Source: an uncultured Clostridia bacterium (GTDB lineage Bacteria > Bacillota > Clostridia > TANB77 > CAG-465). From it: DNA of 64,000 bases. This document shows positions 10,069 to 19,672 of the stretch, in pieces. The stretch's first letter is position 1, and each line of letters starts with the position of its first letter. Both the position numbers and the translations under genes were made by a program. Location: positions 483 to 64,482 of the forward strand of contig CALXEQ010000001.1 in assembly GCA_944387375.1 (NCBI GenBank), written 5' to 3'. The notes under the pieces were generated by a model. It had not been told where the DNA came from and did not search any database. It saw only the letters and a list, made by a program, of their open reading frames with translations.

Positions 10069-12315
10069 ATGATTACTAAAGTAGTAAAAAGAGATGGAAG
10101 AAAAGTAAATTTTAATGTAGAAAGAATTGCAAAATCAATATATAAAGCAGCTAACTCAATAGGTGGACAAGATTATTCAAGATCAAAAGAACTCTCTGAA
10201 ATAGTATATAAAAAATTAGACAAAATTCAGCAGAATAATCAAATAGAAGCTAGTAGAATATATGATGTAGTAAAAGAAGTATTAATTGAACAAGGACATG
10301 AATCTACTCTTATAGCATATATGTTTTTTAGAGAGCAAAGAGATAAAGTAAGAGAAAGAAATTTACCTATAATAAAGACATATGAGAAGTTAACTTTTAA
10401 AGATTCAAAAGATAGTGATGTAAAAAGGGAAAATGCAAATATAAATGCAGATACTGCTATGGGTACAATGCTAAAGTACGGCTCTGAGGGAGCAAAAAAT
10501 TTCTATCAGCTATGTGTACTTAAGCCAGAACATGCACAAGCACATAAAAATGGGGATATACATATACATGATTTGGATTTTTTAACACTTACTACTACAT
10601 GTTGTCAAATAGATCTAATAAAACTATTTAAAGATGGCTTTTGTACAGGTGAAGGTTTTTTAAGAGAGCCACAAAGTATTGGAAGTTATGCCGCTCTTGC
10701 AGCAATTGCAATACAATCTAACCAAAACGATCAACATGGTGGACAGAGTATACCAAATTTTGAGTATGCTATGGCAAAAGGAGTAAAGGTAACATATAAA
10801 AAAGAGCATCTAAAAAATCTTGCAAAAGCAATAGAGCTTTTAACAGATGAAAAAGATCCGGAAAAACTTGCAAGTGATATTGTAAAATCTATTAAATATG
10901 ACAAAGACTTACTTGCAACATATAAAGATTCAAATGGATATTTAAAAGTAGAAAGACAATATTTAAGTAAGTATTTAGATAAAAATACTATTAAAAAAAT
11001 TCAAGATTTTTGTGTAAAATATACAGAAAAAGAAGTAGAAAAAGCTACTTATCAAGCAATGGAAGCTTTTATACATAACTTAAATACGATGCATTCAAGA
11101 GCAGGAGCTCAGGTACCATTTAGTAGTATAAATTATGGACTTGATACTTCTCCTGAAGGAAGACTTGTTATGAAAGAGCTTTTATATGCAACAGAGGCAG
11201 GTCTTGGAAATGGGGAGACACCAATATTTCCTATACAAATATTTAGAGTAAAGGATGGAATAAATTATAACCCAACAGATCTAAACTATGATATATTTAA
11301 GCTTAGTTGTAGAGTATCTGCTAAAAGACTGTTTCCAAACTTCTCATTTATAGATGCACCTTTTAATTTAAAATATTATAGAAAAGGAGACTATAATAGT
11401 GAGGTTGCATATATGGGATGTAGAACAAGAGTTATGGCAAATGTATATGATCCTTCAAAAGAGGTTACATGTGGTAGAGGAAATTTGAGTTTTACTTCAA
11501 TTAATCTTCCTCGTCTTGGAATAGAAGCAAAAGGTGATATAAATAAATTCTTTGAACTTTTAGATGAAAAAATGGATTTAGTAATAGATCAGCTTAAAGC
11601 AAGATTTGAGATACAGGCAAATAAACATGTATATAATTATCCATTTTTAATGGGACAGAATGTATGGCTTGATTCAGAAAAATTAAAAAATACAGATAAA
11701 GTAGGAGAGGTACTAAAGCATGGTACACTTACAGTTGGATTTATAGGACTTGCTGAGACTCTAAAGGCTTTAATTGGTAAACATCATGGGGAAAGTGAAG
11801 AGGCAAGAGAGCTTGGACTTAAAATAATTACTCATATGAGACAAAGGGTAGATGAAGAATCTCAAAAAGAAAAACTTAATTTTACACTTCTTGCAACTCC
11901 TGCAGAAGGCTTGTCTGGTAGATTTGTTAAGATGGACAAGAAAAAATATGGTATAATAGAGGGTGTAACAGATAGAGAATATTACACTAATTCATTTCAT
12001 ATACCGGTATATTATAAAATTAGTGCTTTTAACAAAATAAAAATTGAAGCACCATATCATGAACTAACAAATGGTGGTCATATAAGCTATGTTGAACTTG
12101 ATGGAGATCCAACTAAGAATTTACAAGCTTTTGAGCAGATAATAAGATGTATGAAAGAATCAGGAATTGGTTATGGTTCAATAAACCACCCAGTAGATAG
12201 AGATCCAATATGTGGATTTACAGGAATTATTAAGGATGTATGTCCATGTTGCGGTAGAAAAGAATTTGAAGAAATAGAAAAAGTAAGTGAAAGAATTCTA
12301 AGAATAAGGAGGTAG
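10069..12315 (+). CDS. nrdD: Anaerobic ribonucleoside-triphosphate reductase (class III RNR)
   Basis: N-terminal ATP-cone (VVKRDGRKVNFNVERIAKSI). About 750 aa. Glycyl-radical C-terminal region with CPCCGR zinc ribbon. Confidence 0.9.
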   Translation: MITKVVKRDGRKVNFNVERIAKSIYKAANSIGGQDYSRSKELSEIVYKKLDKIQQNNQIEASRIYDVVKEVLIEQGHESTLIAYMFFREQRDKVRERNLPIIKTYEKLTFKDSKDSDVKRENANINADTAMGTMLKYGSEGAKNFYQLCVLKPEHAQAHKNGDIHIHDLDFLTLTTTCCQIDLIKLFKDGFCTGEGFLREPQSIGSYAALAAIAIQSNQNDQHGGQSIPNFEYAMAKGVKVTYKKEHLKNLAKAIELLTDEKDPEKLASDIVKSIKYDKDLLATYKDSNGYLKVERQYLSKYLDKNTIKKIQDFCVKYTEKEVEKATYQAMEAFIHNLNTMHSRAGAQVPFSSINYGLDTSPEGRLVMKELLYATEAGLGNGETPIFPIQIFRVKDGINYNPTDLNYDIFKLSCRVSAKRLFPNFSFIDAPFNLKYYRKGDYNSEVAYMGCRTRVMANVYDPSKEVTCGRGNLSFTSINLPRLGIEAKGDINKFFELLDEKMDLVIDQLKARFEIQANKHVYNYPFLMGQNVWLDSEKLKNTDKVGEVLKHGTLTVGFIGLAETLKALIGKHHGESEEARELGLKIITHMRQRVDEESQKEKLNFTLLATPAEGLSGRFVKMDKKKYGIIEGVTDREYYTNSFHIPVYYKISAFNKIKIEAPYHELTNGGHISYVELDGDPTKNLQAFEQIIRCMKESGIGYGSINHPVDRDPICGFTGIIKDVCPCCGRKEFEEIEKVSERILRIRR

Positions 12316-12320
12316 TATAT

Positions 12321-12593
12321 ATGAAAATAAACGCAAGTGGAGAAAATATTTCTCAAGAGGAAATAAATGAATATGTAAAATATGTTGAGGAAAAATATCC
12401 AGATAAAAAAATTGCTACATTAGACTTAAATGTAAATGGAGATTATGTAGATTTAAATTATACTTTTGAAAACGATGTACCATTTGAAAGGATTAGAAGA
12501 ATAACAGGATATTTAGTTGGAACACTTGATAGATTTAATGATGGAAAAAGAGCAGAAGAGCGTGATAGAGTAAAACATGATGTATTAATATAG
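12321..12593 (+). CDS. Small hypothetical protein encoded between nrdD and nrdG
   Basis: 90-aa ORF with a strong SD (aaggaggtag) 7 nt upstream. Tightly packed between nrdD and nrdG. Confidence 0.5.
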   Translation: MKINASGENISQEEINEYVKYVEEKYPDKKIATLDLNVNGDYVDLNYTFENDVPFERIRRITGYLVGTLDRFNDGKRAEERDRVKHDVLI

Positions 12594-12601
12594 GAGAGAC
12601 T

Positions 12602-13108
12602 ATGTGCGATAAAATAAAAATAGCAGGAATTGTAGAAGAATCAATTGTGGATGGTCCAGGCATTAGGTTTGTTATATTTACACAAGGTTGTCCACATAAA
12701 TGTGTGGGATGTCATAATCCACAAACTCATGATTTTAATATGGGCAGATATGAAAATATAGATAAACTAGCAAAAAAAATAGATGAAAATCCATTACTTA
12801 GTGGTATAACTCTAAGTGGTGGAGAACCATTTTTACAACCTTTAGAGCTTGTAAAACTTATAGAGAAAATTAAAAATAAAAATTTAAATGTAATAACTTA
12901 TACCGGATTCACATATGAAGAATTAATACAAAGTAAAAATAAAAATGTATTAGAGTTTTTAAATAAAACAGATATATTAATTGATGGAAAGTTTATATTA
13001 GATCTTAAAGATGAAAATTTAATGTTTAGAGGAAGTTCTAATCAAAGAGTTATAGATGTTAAAAGAAGTATAAAAGAAAATAGAATTGTTGAATACGATT
13101 TTAAATAA
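12602..13108 (+). CDS. nrdG: Anaerobic ribonucleotide reductase activating protein (radical SAM)
   Basis: CPHKCVGCHNPQTH radical-SAM-like cysteine cluster. 168 aa. Lies directly after nrdD. Confidence 0.85.
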   Translation: MCDKIKIAGIVEESIVDGPGIRFVIFTQGCPHKCVGCHNPQTHDFNMGRYENIDKLAKKIDENPLLSGITLSGGEPFLQPLELVKLIEKIKNKNLNVITYTGFTYEELIQSKNKNVLEFLNKTDILIDGKFILDLKDENLMFRGSSNQRVIDVKRSIKENRIVEYDFK

Positions 13109-13169
13109 TTAGTTTATATAAATTATTTAATAGAGGAATAATAAAAATAAGTGTACTTAAGGAGGCAAA

Positions 13170-14312
13170 ATGGAAGAAAATAAATTTGACTTTAAATTTT
13201 TAAATAAAGTCATGTATATAGTTACTATTATAATAGTATTTTTTGCACTTAAAGAAGTTGGAGTAATAGATAAAGTTGTAGAAATTTTAGTAGCACTTAC
13301 TCCACTATATATGGGAATTGTTATATGTTGGCTATCTAGACCACTTGCAAATAAACTTAGAAAATGGGGGCTTAGTAAAAGCCTATCTGCAATAATTTCT
13401 CTAGTTGTTATATTTGCTATAGTCATTTTAGCTTTATCATATATAATACCAATAATAGTAACACAGGTAACTCAACTCATAAAAGATTTACCAACATTAT
13501 ATACTAGTGCAATAAATAAAATAAATTTACTTTTGTATGAAAGATTTGGACTCGATTATCAAATATCATCAAATATTGATGAGCTTGGTATAATATCAGA
13601 TTATTTAGGAGATATAGTAAGTTATTCTTTAAATACTGTACAAAAAGTAGGAGGCTTTTTATTTAGTGCTGTTACAGCTATTATAATATCATTTTTCATG
13701 GTTAAAGATATGGATAGAACTAAAAATAGTCTAATAGTTTTCTTATCTAAAAATAGTAAAGATTCTAATAGGTATAAGATGTTAGTTGAAATGGATGATA
13801 TATTAAACTCATATGTAAGAGGCTTGCTACTTGATAGCATAATTGTTGGTATAATGACAACAGTTGTTTGTATGGTATTACAACTTAAATATGCAGTTAT
13901 ATTTGGTATAATAATAACATTTTTAAATTTAATTCCATATATTGGTGCAGTTATATCCTATACAATTACTTCTATATATGCCTTTACTGTTGGAGGACCA
14001 GTTCTTGCAATAATTACATTTATAGCATCATTTATTATTCAGATGATAGATGCAAATATACTACAACCTAATATAATTGCAAAGTCTGTTAAATTACATC
14101 CAGTAGTAGTAATTTGTGGATTACTTGTATTTGAAAGACTATTTGGTATGTTTGGAATGCTTTTTGCAATGCCAGCCCTTGCAATAGCAAAGATATTTAT
14201 TAAATATAGATTTGGAATAAATTTTGACTTACCAGATGAAGATGATAAAAAGTCTAAAAAAGGAATACTTAAAAGAAAAAAGCAAGTAAAAACAATAAAT
14301 GAAAAGTCATAA
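13170..14312 (+). CDS. AI-2E family transporter (PerM-like membrane protein)
   Basis: 380 aa and multi-TM. The C-terminal region ...LNLIPYIGAVIS... and the length are typical of the AI-2E/UPF0118 family. Confidence 0.7.
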   Translation: MEENKFDFKFLNKVMYIVTIIIVFFALKEVGVIDKVVEILVALTPLYMGIVICWLSRPLANKLRKWGLSKSLSAIISLVVIFAIVILALSYIIPIIVTQVTQLIKDLPTLYTSAINKINLLLYERFGLDYQISSNIDELGIISDYLGDIVSYSLNTVQKVGGFLFSAVTAIIISFFMVKDMDRTKNSLIVFLSKNSKDSNRYKMLVEMDDILNSYVRGLLLDSIIVGIMTTVVCMVLQLKYAVIFGIIITFLNLIPYIGAVISYTITSIYAFTVGGPVLAIITFIASFIIQMIDANILQPNIIAKSVKLHPVVVICGLLVFERLFGMFGMLFAMPALAIAKIFIKYRFGINFDLPDEDDKKSKKGILKRKKQVKTINEKS

Positions 14313-14317
14313 AACTA

Positions 14318-14356
14318 AATAAACCTATAAAACATGCTTTATAGGTTTATTTTTAT
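14318..14356. terminator. Bidirectional rho-independent terminator between convergent genes
   Basis: Perfect 11-bp stem aaacctataaa / tttataggttt, 6-nt loop, flanked by an A-run and a T-run. Confidence 0.75.
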
Positions 14357-14372
14357 GTAGATTATAATTTTG

Positions 14373-15356
14373 CTATTTTTTCTCTATTAATGCTTCATGT
14401 AGTTTTTCCATAAATAGCTTAGACTTTTTAGTATCTACTATAATATTTATTGCAAGCTCACTAAATGATATCATATATACTTCAATATTTTCATCATTTG
14501 CTATCTTAAATATTTTAGAAATTGCTTCTCTATTAGATAGCATCATAGGTCCTACAATACAAATTTTAGATATATCATCTTTTTTAGTTATAAAGTGAAT
14601 ATTAAAATCTTCTTTTATATTTTTTCTTACTTTACTTCCTCTAGAACTTCTAAAGGTATTTTTAGCAGAAATTTCAATGTTACATTCTTTAGCAAGATTT
14701 ACAGATCTGTTATGTAGTACTTTTGCACCTGCAGAGGACGCTTCAAGCATTTCATCAAAAGATATTTCTTTTAAAAGCTTTGAGTTAGGTATTACTTTAG
14801 GGTCAGCAGAATAAATTCCATCTATATCGCTATATATTTCACATTTTTTAGCATTTAATGCTCCTGCAAGAGCTACAGCACTTAAATCTGAACCACCTCT
14901 TCCAAAAGTAGTAATATTTCCAAGCTTATCCATGCCTTGAAATCCTGTTACTATAACTATGTAATTGTCTTCTATATATGATATAAGATTAGATGTTACA
15001 ACATCTATTATTTTAGCATTACCAAAGTTTGAATCGGTAATTATTCCTGCTTGTGCACCAGTAAGACACACTGCCTTTATACCTTTTGAGTTTAGCATGA
15101 GAGATAGTAAAGAGGCAGTTTGCATTTCACCTGTAGAAAGTAAAAAATCTAAATCTTTTTTAGATATAAATTCGTTATTATTTGTATATTCTTCTGCTTT
15201 AGCAATTAAATTATTAGTAGTTTTTCCTTGTGCGGATACAACAACTACAACATCATTATTTTTATTTTTCTCTTTTATTATTTTATTGCATATTAGCTCT
15301 AGTTTTTCTTTATCTGCAACAGAGCTACCACCATATTTTTGTACAATTATATTCAT
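14373..15356 (-). CDS. Aspartate kinase (short form, single ACT domain)
   Basis: N-terminal VQKYGGSSV amino-acid-kinase motif. About 245-aa catalytic domain plus one ACT-like C-terminal domain. 327 aa in total. Confidence 0.7.
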   Translation of the reverse strand: MNIIVQKYGGSSVADKEKLELICNKIIKEKNKNNDVVVVVSAQGKTTNNLIAKAEEYTNNNEFISKKDLDFLLSTGEMQTASLLSLMLNSKGIKAVCLTGAQAGIITDSNFGNAKIIDVVTSNLISYIEDNYIVIVTGFQGMDKLGNITTFGRGGSDLSAVALAGALNAKKCEIYSDIDGIYSADPKVIPNSKLLKEISFDEMLEASSAGAKVLHNRSVNLAKECNIEISAKNTFRSSRGSKVRKNIKEDFNIHFITKKDDISKICIVGPMMLSNREAISKIFKIANDENIEVYMISFSELAINIIVDTKKSKLFMEKLHEALIEKK

Positions 15357-15443
15357 AATTTCACCACCATAATGTATTTTATGCTATACTTTAAAAAATG
15401 TTATATTATAATTTAAATTTTAATATAGTTATATGAATATTGC

Positions 15444-15472
15444 TTGACATAATATAAAAGCGATGATATAAT
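15444..15472 (+). promoter_or_regulatory. Consensus sigma-A promoter (TTGACA-17-TATAAT)
   Basis: ttgaca at 15444-15449, a 17-nt spacer, tataat at 15467-15472. It sits upstream of the 15582 gene. Confidence 0.6.
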
Positions 15473-15581
15473 TGTTTCGCAGTTATTTTTTAAATGTAAT
15501 AGCAAGTGATATTACAAAAAAATAATTTAGAAAAAACGTTTAAAAAATCTGTAAAAAAATTTTTAAAAAGGAGGAATGGTT

Positions 15582-16247
15582 ATGAAGAAAACATACAAGT
15601 TCATATCAAGACTTATTGTTGGTATTTTGTTAATTGCACTTGCAATATGGCTAATATGGATGGTACTTAGTACTATAGTGTTTCCTAAACTACCATTAAA
15701 AAACGATGTAGATTATGTACAGGACGTATCAAATTCAATGTCCGAACCAGACAAAACTTATGCTAGAAATGCAATAAGTGAAGCTTCAAAAGAAAATAAA
15801 ATAGCAATAGTTTTAGATTACCAATTAACTACATTTAATATTGATGAGACATATATAGACAAGATTGTTGGAAACATAGTAAATAATGTATATAAGACTC
15901 AGCCATATATTGTTTATACTTATTTTAAAGACACAGATACTTTAATAATTACAACAAATATTGATGATTCATCAAAAGATGTTGTAGATAAGACAAAAGA
16001 AGGCATAGACGATGATGCAAGAGTAGTAAAAGAAATATTATATTACCAACAAAATCTTGAAAAGGGAATGGGACTTAGAAGTTGGAATTTCAACTTAAAT
16101 CCAGAGTATGCAAGAAATACAGCATTTGCAGGTATTGGTTCAATTATATTATTAATACTTGGATTTGGTGTATTACCTACATCTGAAGAAGGATTAAGAT
16201 TTCCATTTAGAAGAAAGAAAAAAGCAAAAAGAGAAGCATCTGAGTAA
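15582..16247 (+). CDS. Hypothetical membrane-anchored protein
   Basis: An ORF with an N-terminal TM helix, a second TM near the C-terminus and a basic tail. The SD aaggagg sets the ATG at 15582 rather than the track's 15576. Confidence 0.5.
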   Translation: MKKTYKFISRLIVGILLIALAIWLIWMVLSTIVFPKLPLKNDVDYVQDVSNSMSEPDKTYARNAISEASKENKIAIVLDYQLTTFNIDETYIDKIVGNIVNNVYKTQPYIVYTYFKDTDTLIITTNIDDSSKDVVDKTKEGIDDDARVVKEILYYQQNLEKGMGLRSWNFNLNPEYARNTAFAGIGSIILLILGFGVLPTSEEGLRFPFRRKKKAKREASE

Positions 16248-16367
16248 TATAAAATAGGTTGTCAATTTATATTGGCAATCTATTTTTTCTTTTACTTTTT
16301 AATTATATTGAATTATATTAATTATATGATATAATTAATATGAGTTAATATACATTGGAGGATGATT

Positions 16368-17279
16368 ATGTTTTTTGACAAAATAAAAGAGAATTTAAGA
16401 AAGACAAAAGAAGCAATAGATGTAAAAATGAGTAACATTTTTGCAGATAAAAAAGATATAGAAGAGGTAATTGATGAAATTGAGGAAACTTTAATTTTAT
16501 CTGATGTAGGTTATGAAACAAGTACCAAGATTTGTGATAAATTAAGAGCAGATTTAAAAAAACAAGTAGATAAAAGTGAGAATGCAATAAAAGAGTTACT
16601 TAGAAAAGAAATGACAGAAGTTTTAACATCAGATGAGATTAATTTAAATAATAGTATTAATTTAGATGAAAAACAAGTAATATTAGTAGTAGGAGTAAAT
16701 GGTGTAGGAAAAACTACATCAATTGGGAAACTTGCTAAATTATATAAAAATGCTGGTAAAAGAGTATTACTTGCAGCAGCAGATACTTTTAGAGCAGGTG
16801 CAATAGAACAATTAGATGTATGGGCAAAAAGAAATGACGTAGATATTTGTCTTGGTAAAGAAATGCAAGACCCATCATCTGTAATATTTGATGCTACTAA
16901 AAAGTATATGAATGAAGACTATGATATATTAATTTGTGATACAGCAGGAAGACTTCATAACAAGAAAAACTTAATGGATGAACTTGAAAAAATGAAGAAA
17001 ATAATAGATAAAAATATACCAGATGATGTTTTAAAAGAAACAATTATGGTGCTTGATGCAACAACAGGTCAAAATGGTGCAATACAGGCAAAAAGCTTCT
17101 TAGAAAAAACAGATGTAAGTGGGATATTTTTAACAAAATTAGATTCAACAGCTAAAGGTGGAGTTGTATTTAGTATAGTAGATGAACTAAAAATACCTGT
17201 AAAATATATAGGTGTTGGAGAAGGAATAGATGATATAGAAATGTTTGATGCAAAAACTTTTGTTGATGCAATAATATAG
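16368..17279 (+). CDS. ftsY: Signal recognition particle receptor FtsY
   Basis: SRP GTPase motifs: GVNGVGKTTSIGKLA, DTAGR, TKLDSTAKGG. Start set at the ATG at 16368, 6 nt after GGAGG. Confidence 0.9.
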   Translation: MFFDKIKENLRKTKEAIDVKMSNIFADKKDIEEVIDEIEETLILSDVGYETSTKICDKLRADLKKQVDKSENAIKELLRKEMTEVLTSDEINLNNSINLDEKQVILVVGVNGVGKTTSIGKLAKLYKNAGKRVLLAAADTFRAGAIEQLDVWAKRNDVDICLGKEMQDPSSVIFDATKKYMNEDYDILICDTAGRLHNKKNLMDELEKMKKIIDKNIPDDVLKETIMVLDATTGQNGAIQAKSFLEKTDVSGIFLTKLDSTAKGGVVFSIVDELKIPVKYIGVGEGIDDIEMFDAKTFVDAII

Positions 17280-17288
17280 GAGGTATAT

Positions 17289-18197
17289 ATGGATAAATAT
17301 AAAGGGTTAGAAGAGATTTTATCTAAAGATAGTATAAAATATAATGAACCTATGAAAAAGCATACTACAATGAAAGTTGGAGGTCCATGTGATTGTATGG
17401 TAGAGCCTTCAAGTATAGAAGAAATTCAAAAAGTATTAGAGTATGTTAAAGAAAATAATATAAAATATTATATTATAGGAAATGGAAGTAATCTTTTGGT
17501 AAAAGATGAAGGGGTACATGCTTTAATAATTAAAATAGCAAATAAGTTTTCGGGCTTTGAGGTAAATGGTGAATATATTAAAGCATATTCTGGATGTTCT
17601 GTTCCAAAGCTTTCTCAAATTGCTAAAGAAAATTCATTATCAGGACTTGAATTTGCGTGTGGAATTCCAGGAAGTGTTGGTGGAGGAATTAGAATGAATG
17701 CAGGAGCATATGGCTCTGAGATGGTAAATGTGGTAGAAAAAGTAGGTTTTTTAGATGAAAATGGAAATTTAAAAGAAATTGATGGAAAAGATGCACACTT
17801 TACATATAGACATAGTATGTTTGTGGATAATCCACAGTATGTAGTTGTATATGCTATATATAAATTAGTAAAAGGAAATAAAGAAGAAATATCTAAAATA
17901 ATGGAAGAAAATATGAATTCTAGAAAGCAAAAACAACCAATAGAATATCCAAATTTTGGAAGTGTATTTAAAAGACCAGAAGGATATTTTGTAGGAAAAC
18001 TTGTAGATGATTGTGGACTTAAAGGATATAAAATAGGTGGAGCACAAGTATCTACAAAGCATTCTGGTTTTATGATAAATATAGGAGATGCAACTTGTAA
18101 AGATGTATTAGATTTAATAGAGTATGTAAAAGAAAAAGTATATGAAAAATTTAATGTTAAATTACAAGAAGAGGTTGTAATTTTAGGAGGAAATTAA
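17289..18197 (+). CDS. murB: UDP-N-acetylenolpyruvoylglucosamine reductase
   Basis: FAD-binding N-terminal domain (IIGNGSNLL). C-terminal MurB domain. 302 aa. Confidence 0.88.
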   Translation: MDKYKGLEEILSKDSIKYNEPMKKHTTMKVGGPCDCMVEPSSIEEIQKVLEYVKENNIKYYIIGNGSNLLVKDEGVHALIIKIANKFSGFEVNGEYIKAYSGCSVPKLSQIAKENSLSGLEFACGIPGSVGGGIRMNAGAYGSEMVNVVEKVGFLDENGNLKEIDGKDAHFTYRHSMFVDNPQYVVVYAIYKLVKGNKEEISKIMEENMNSRKQKQPIEYPNFGSVFKRPEGYFVGKLVDDCGLKGYKIGGAQVSTKHSGFMINIGDATCKDVLDLIEYVKEKVYEKFNVKLQEEVVILGGN

Positions 18198-18199
18198 TT

Positions 18200-19669
18200 A
18201 TGAAAGATTTATTAGAATGGTTAAAGCCAGGAGCTAGAGTAAAAAGATATATATTTACACTTATTATATCTGTATTACTTTTAATATTTTGTGGAATAAG
18301 TTTAGGTAGAACAAGTGATTTAACTCCTACTATGCTTATAGCATATGTGCTTTTAATTACATTATCTATATTTGGAATAATATTTTCATTTATTTTAGCA
18401 CAAAGAAATATATTACTTGTATCTTTAAAAAATATTTCTAAAAGAAATAAAAATGTACGTATAAGACAGTTGTTATATGGAGATCCAAGACTTAAAAAAG
18501 GACCGAGAGTAGTAGTAATTGGCGGAGGATCTGGTCTTCCTAATTTACTTAAAGGACTTAAAGAATATACATCAAATATTACAGCAGTAGTAAATGTTTC
18601 AGCAGATGATTATACACTAACTTCTGCTATGAGCAAGGAGGAGAGAATAACACCAGGAGATATTAGAAAGTGTGTATCTGCATTATCTACTTTCGAATCA
18701 GACTTTTCAAAGCTTTTAACATATAAGACAGTAGATGATACATCAGTTGGAAATTTAATAATAAATGCTCTAACAGATATTACAGGAAGTTTTCCAAAAG
18801 CTATAGACAAGCTATCAGATATATTTAAAGTACAAGGAGATATTTATCCTGTAACAACAGATGAGCTAATACTTTGTGCAGGACTTGAAAATGGTGAGGT
18901 CGTTGTTGGAAAAGAAAATATTAGTGAAAGAGTTAGAGAAACAAGAACAGCAATAAAACAAGTATTTTTAAAGGATGGAAGTCTAAAAGTTGTTCCAGAA
19001 GTAATAGATGCAATTAAAAAAGCAAATATTATAGTACTTGGACCAGGCTCATTATATACATCTATTATATCCAATTTATTATTTGAAGATGTAACAAAGG
19101 CAATTGTAAAATCTAAGGCTAAGAAAGTATATGTTGCAAACATTATGAATCAGCCAGGACAAACAGAAGGATATACTCTTGCAAGATATATAAATGAAGT
19201 TGAGAGATATTTAGGAAAGCATGTATTAGATTATGCAATAGTAAATAATGGTGAAATAACACCTGAAATGATAAAAGATTTTAACCAAGAAGATTCAACA
19301 TCAGTAACTATTGACCTTGAAAATATACAAAATAGAGCAATATGTGTAATACAAGAAGATTTAGTTTTAACTGCAAAAAATGCTTTAATACATGATTCAG
19401 ATAGACTTGCAGAGATAATAATGACACTTGCTTTAACAAAATCAATAGGAGATTTAAATATTGTATCTATAAAGAAAAAACATATGCAAAAGGAAAAAAT
19501 CCTTAATGGTAAGAGATTTATTAAAACAAAAATGCAAAATGCAAAAAGGAAAAAAGTTCAAAAAAAGATAGAAAAGCAAAAGAAAAATAAAAAGCCAAAA
19601 GAGATAAAAACTAGTGAGAAGACTCAAGCTACTATAAATAAAATAAAGGATGAAATCTCAAAGGAGTAG
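18200..19669 (+). CDS. YvcK/CofD-like gluconeogenesis factor family protein with N-terminal TM helices and a lysine-rich C-terminal extension
   Basis: VVVIGGGSGLPNLLKGLK and VLGPGSLYTSII motifs of the UPF0052/YvcK family. It has two extra N-terminal TM helices and a C-terminal KKxKK tail of about 60 aa. Confidence 0.7.
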   Translation: MKDLLEWLKPGARVKRYIFTLIISVLLLIFCGISLGRTSDLTPTMLIAYVLLITLSIFGIIFSFILAQRNILLVSLKNISKRNKNVRIRQLLYGDPRLKKGPRVVVIGGGSGLPNLLKGLKEYTSNITAVVNVSADDYTLTSAMSKEERITPGDIRKCVSALSTFESDFSKLLTYKTVDDTSVGNLIINALTDITGSFPKAIDKLSDIFKVQGDIYPVTTDELILCAGLENGEVVVGKENISERVRETRTAIKQVFLKDGSLKVVPEVIDAIKKANIIVLGPGSLYTSIISNLLFEDVTKAIVKSKAKKVYVANIMNQPGQTEGYTLARYINEVERYLGKHVLDYAIVNNGEITPEMIKDFNQEDSTSVTIDLENIQNRAICVIQEDLVLTAKNALIHDSDRLAEIIMTLALTKSIGDLNIVSIKKKHMQKEKILNGKRFIKTKMQNAKRKKVQKKIEKQKKNKKPKEIKTSEKTQATINKIKDEISKE

Positions 19670-19672
19670 GAA

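Noticed and set aside
15357-15575. Lysine riboswitch (L-box) or T-box upstream of the aspartokinase gene on the minus strand.
   Set aside because: The region is nearly all A/T. It lacks the conserved G-rich L-box segments and a specifier or T-box motif, and contains a plus-strand consensus promoter instead.
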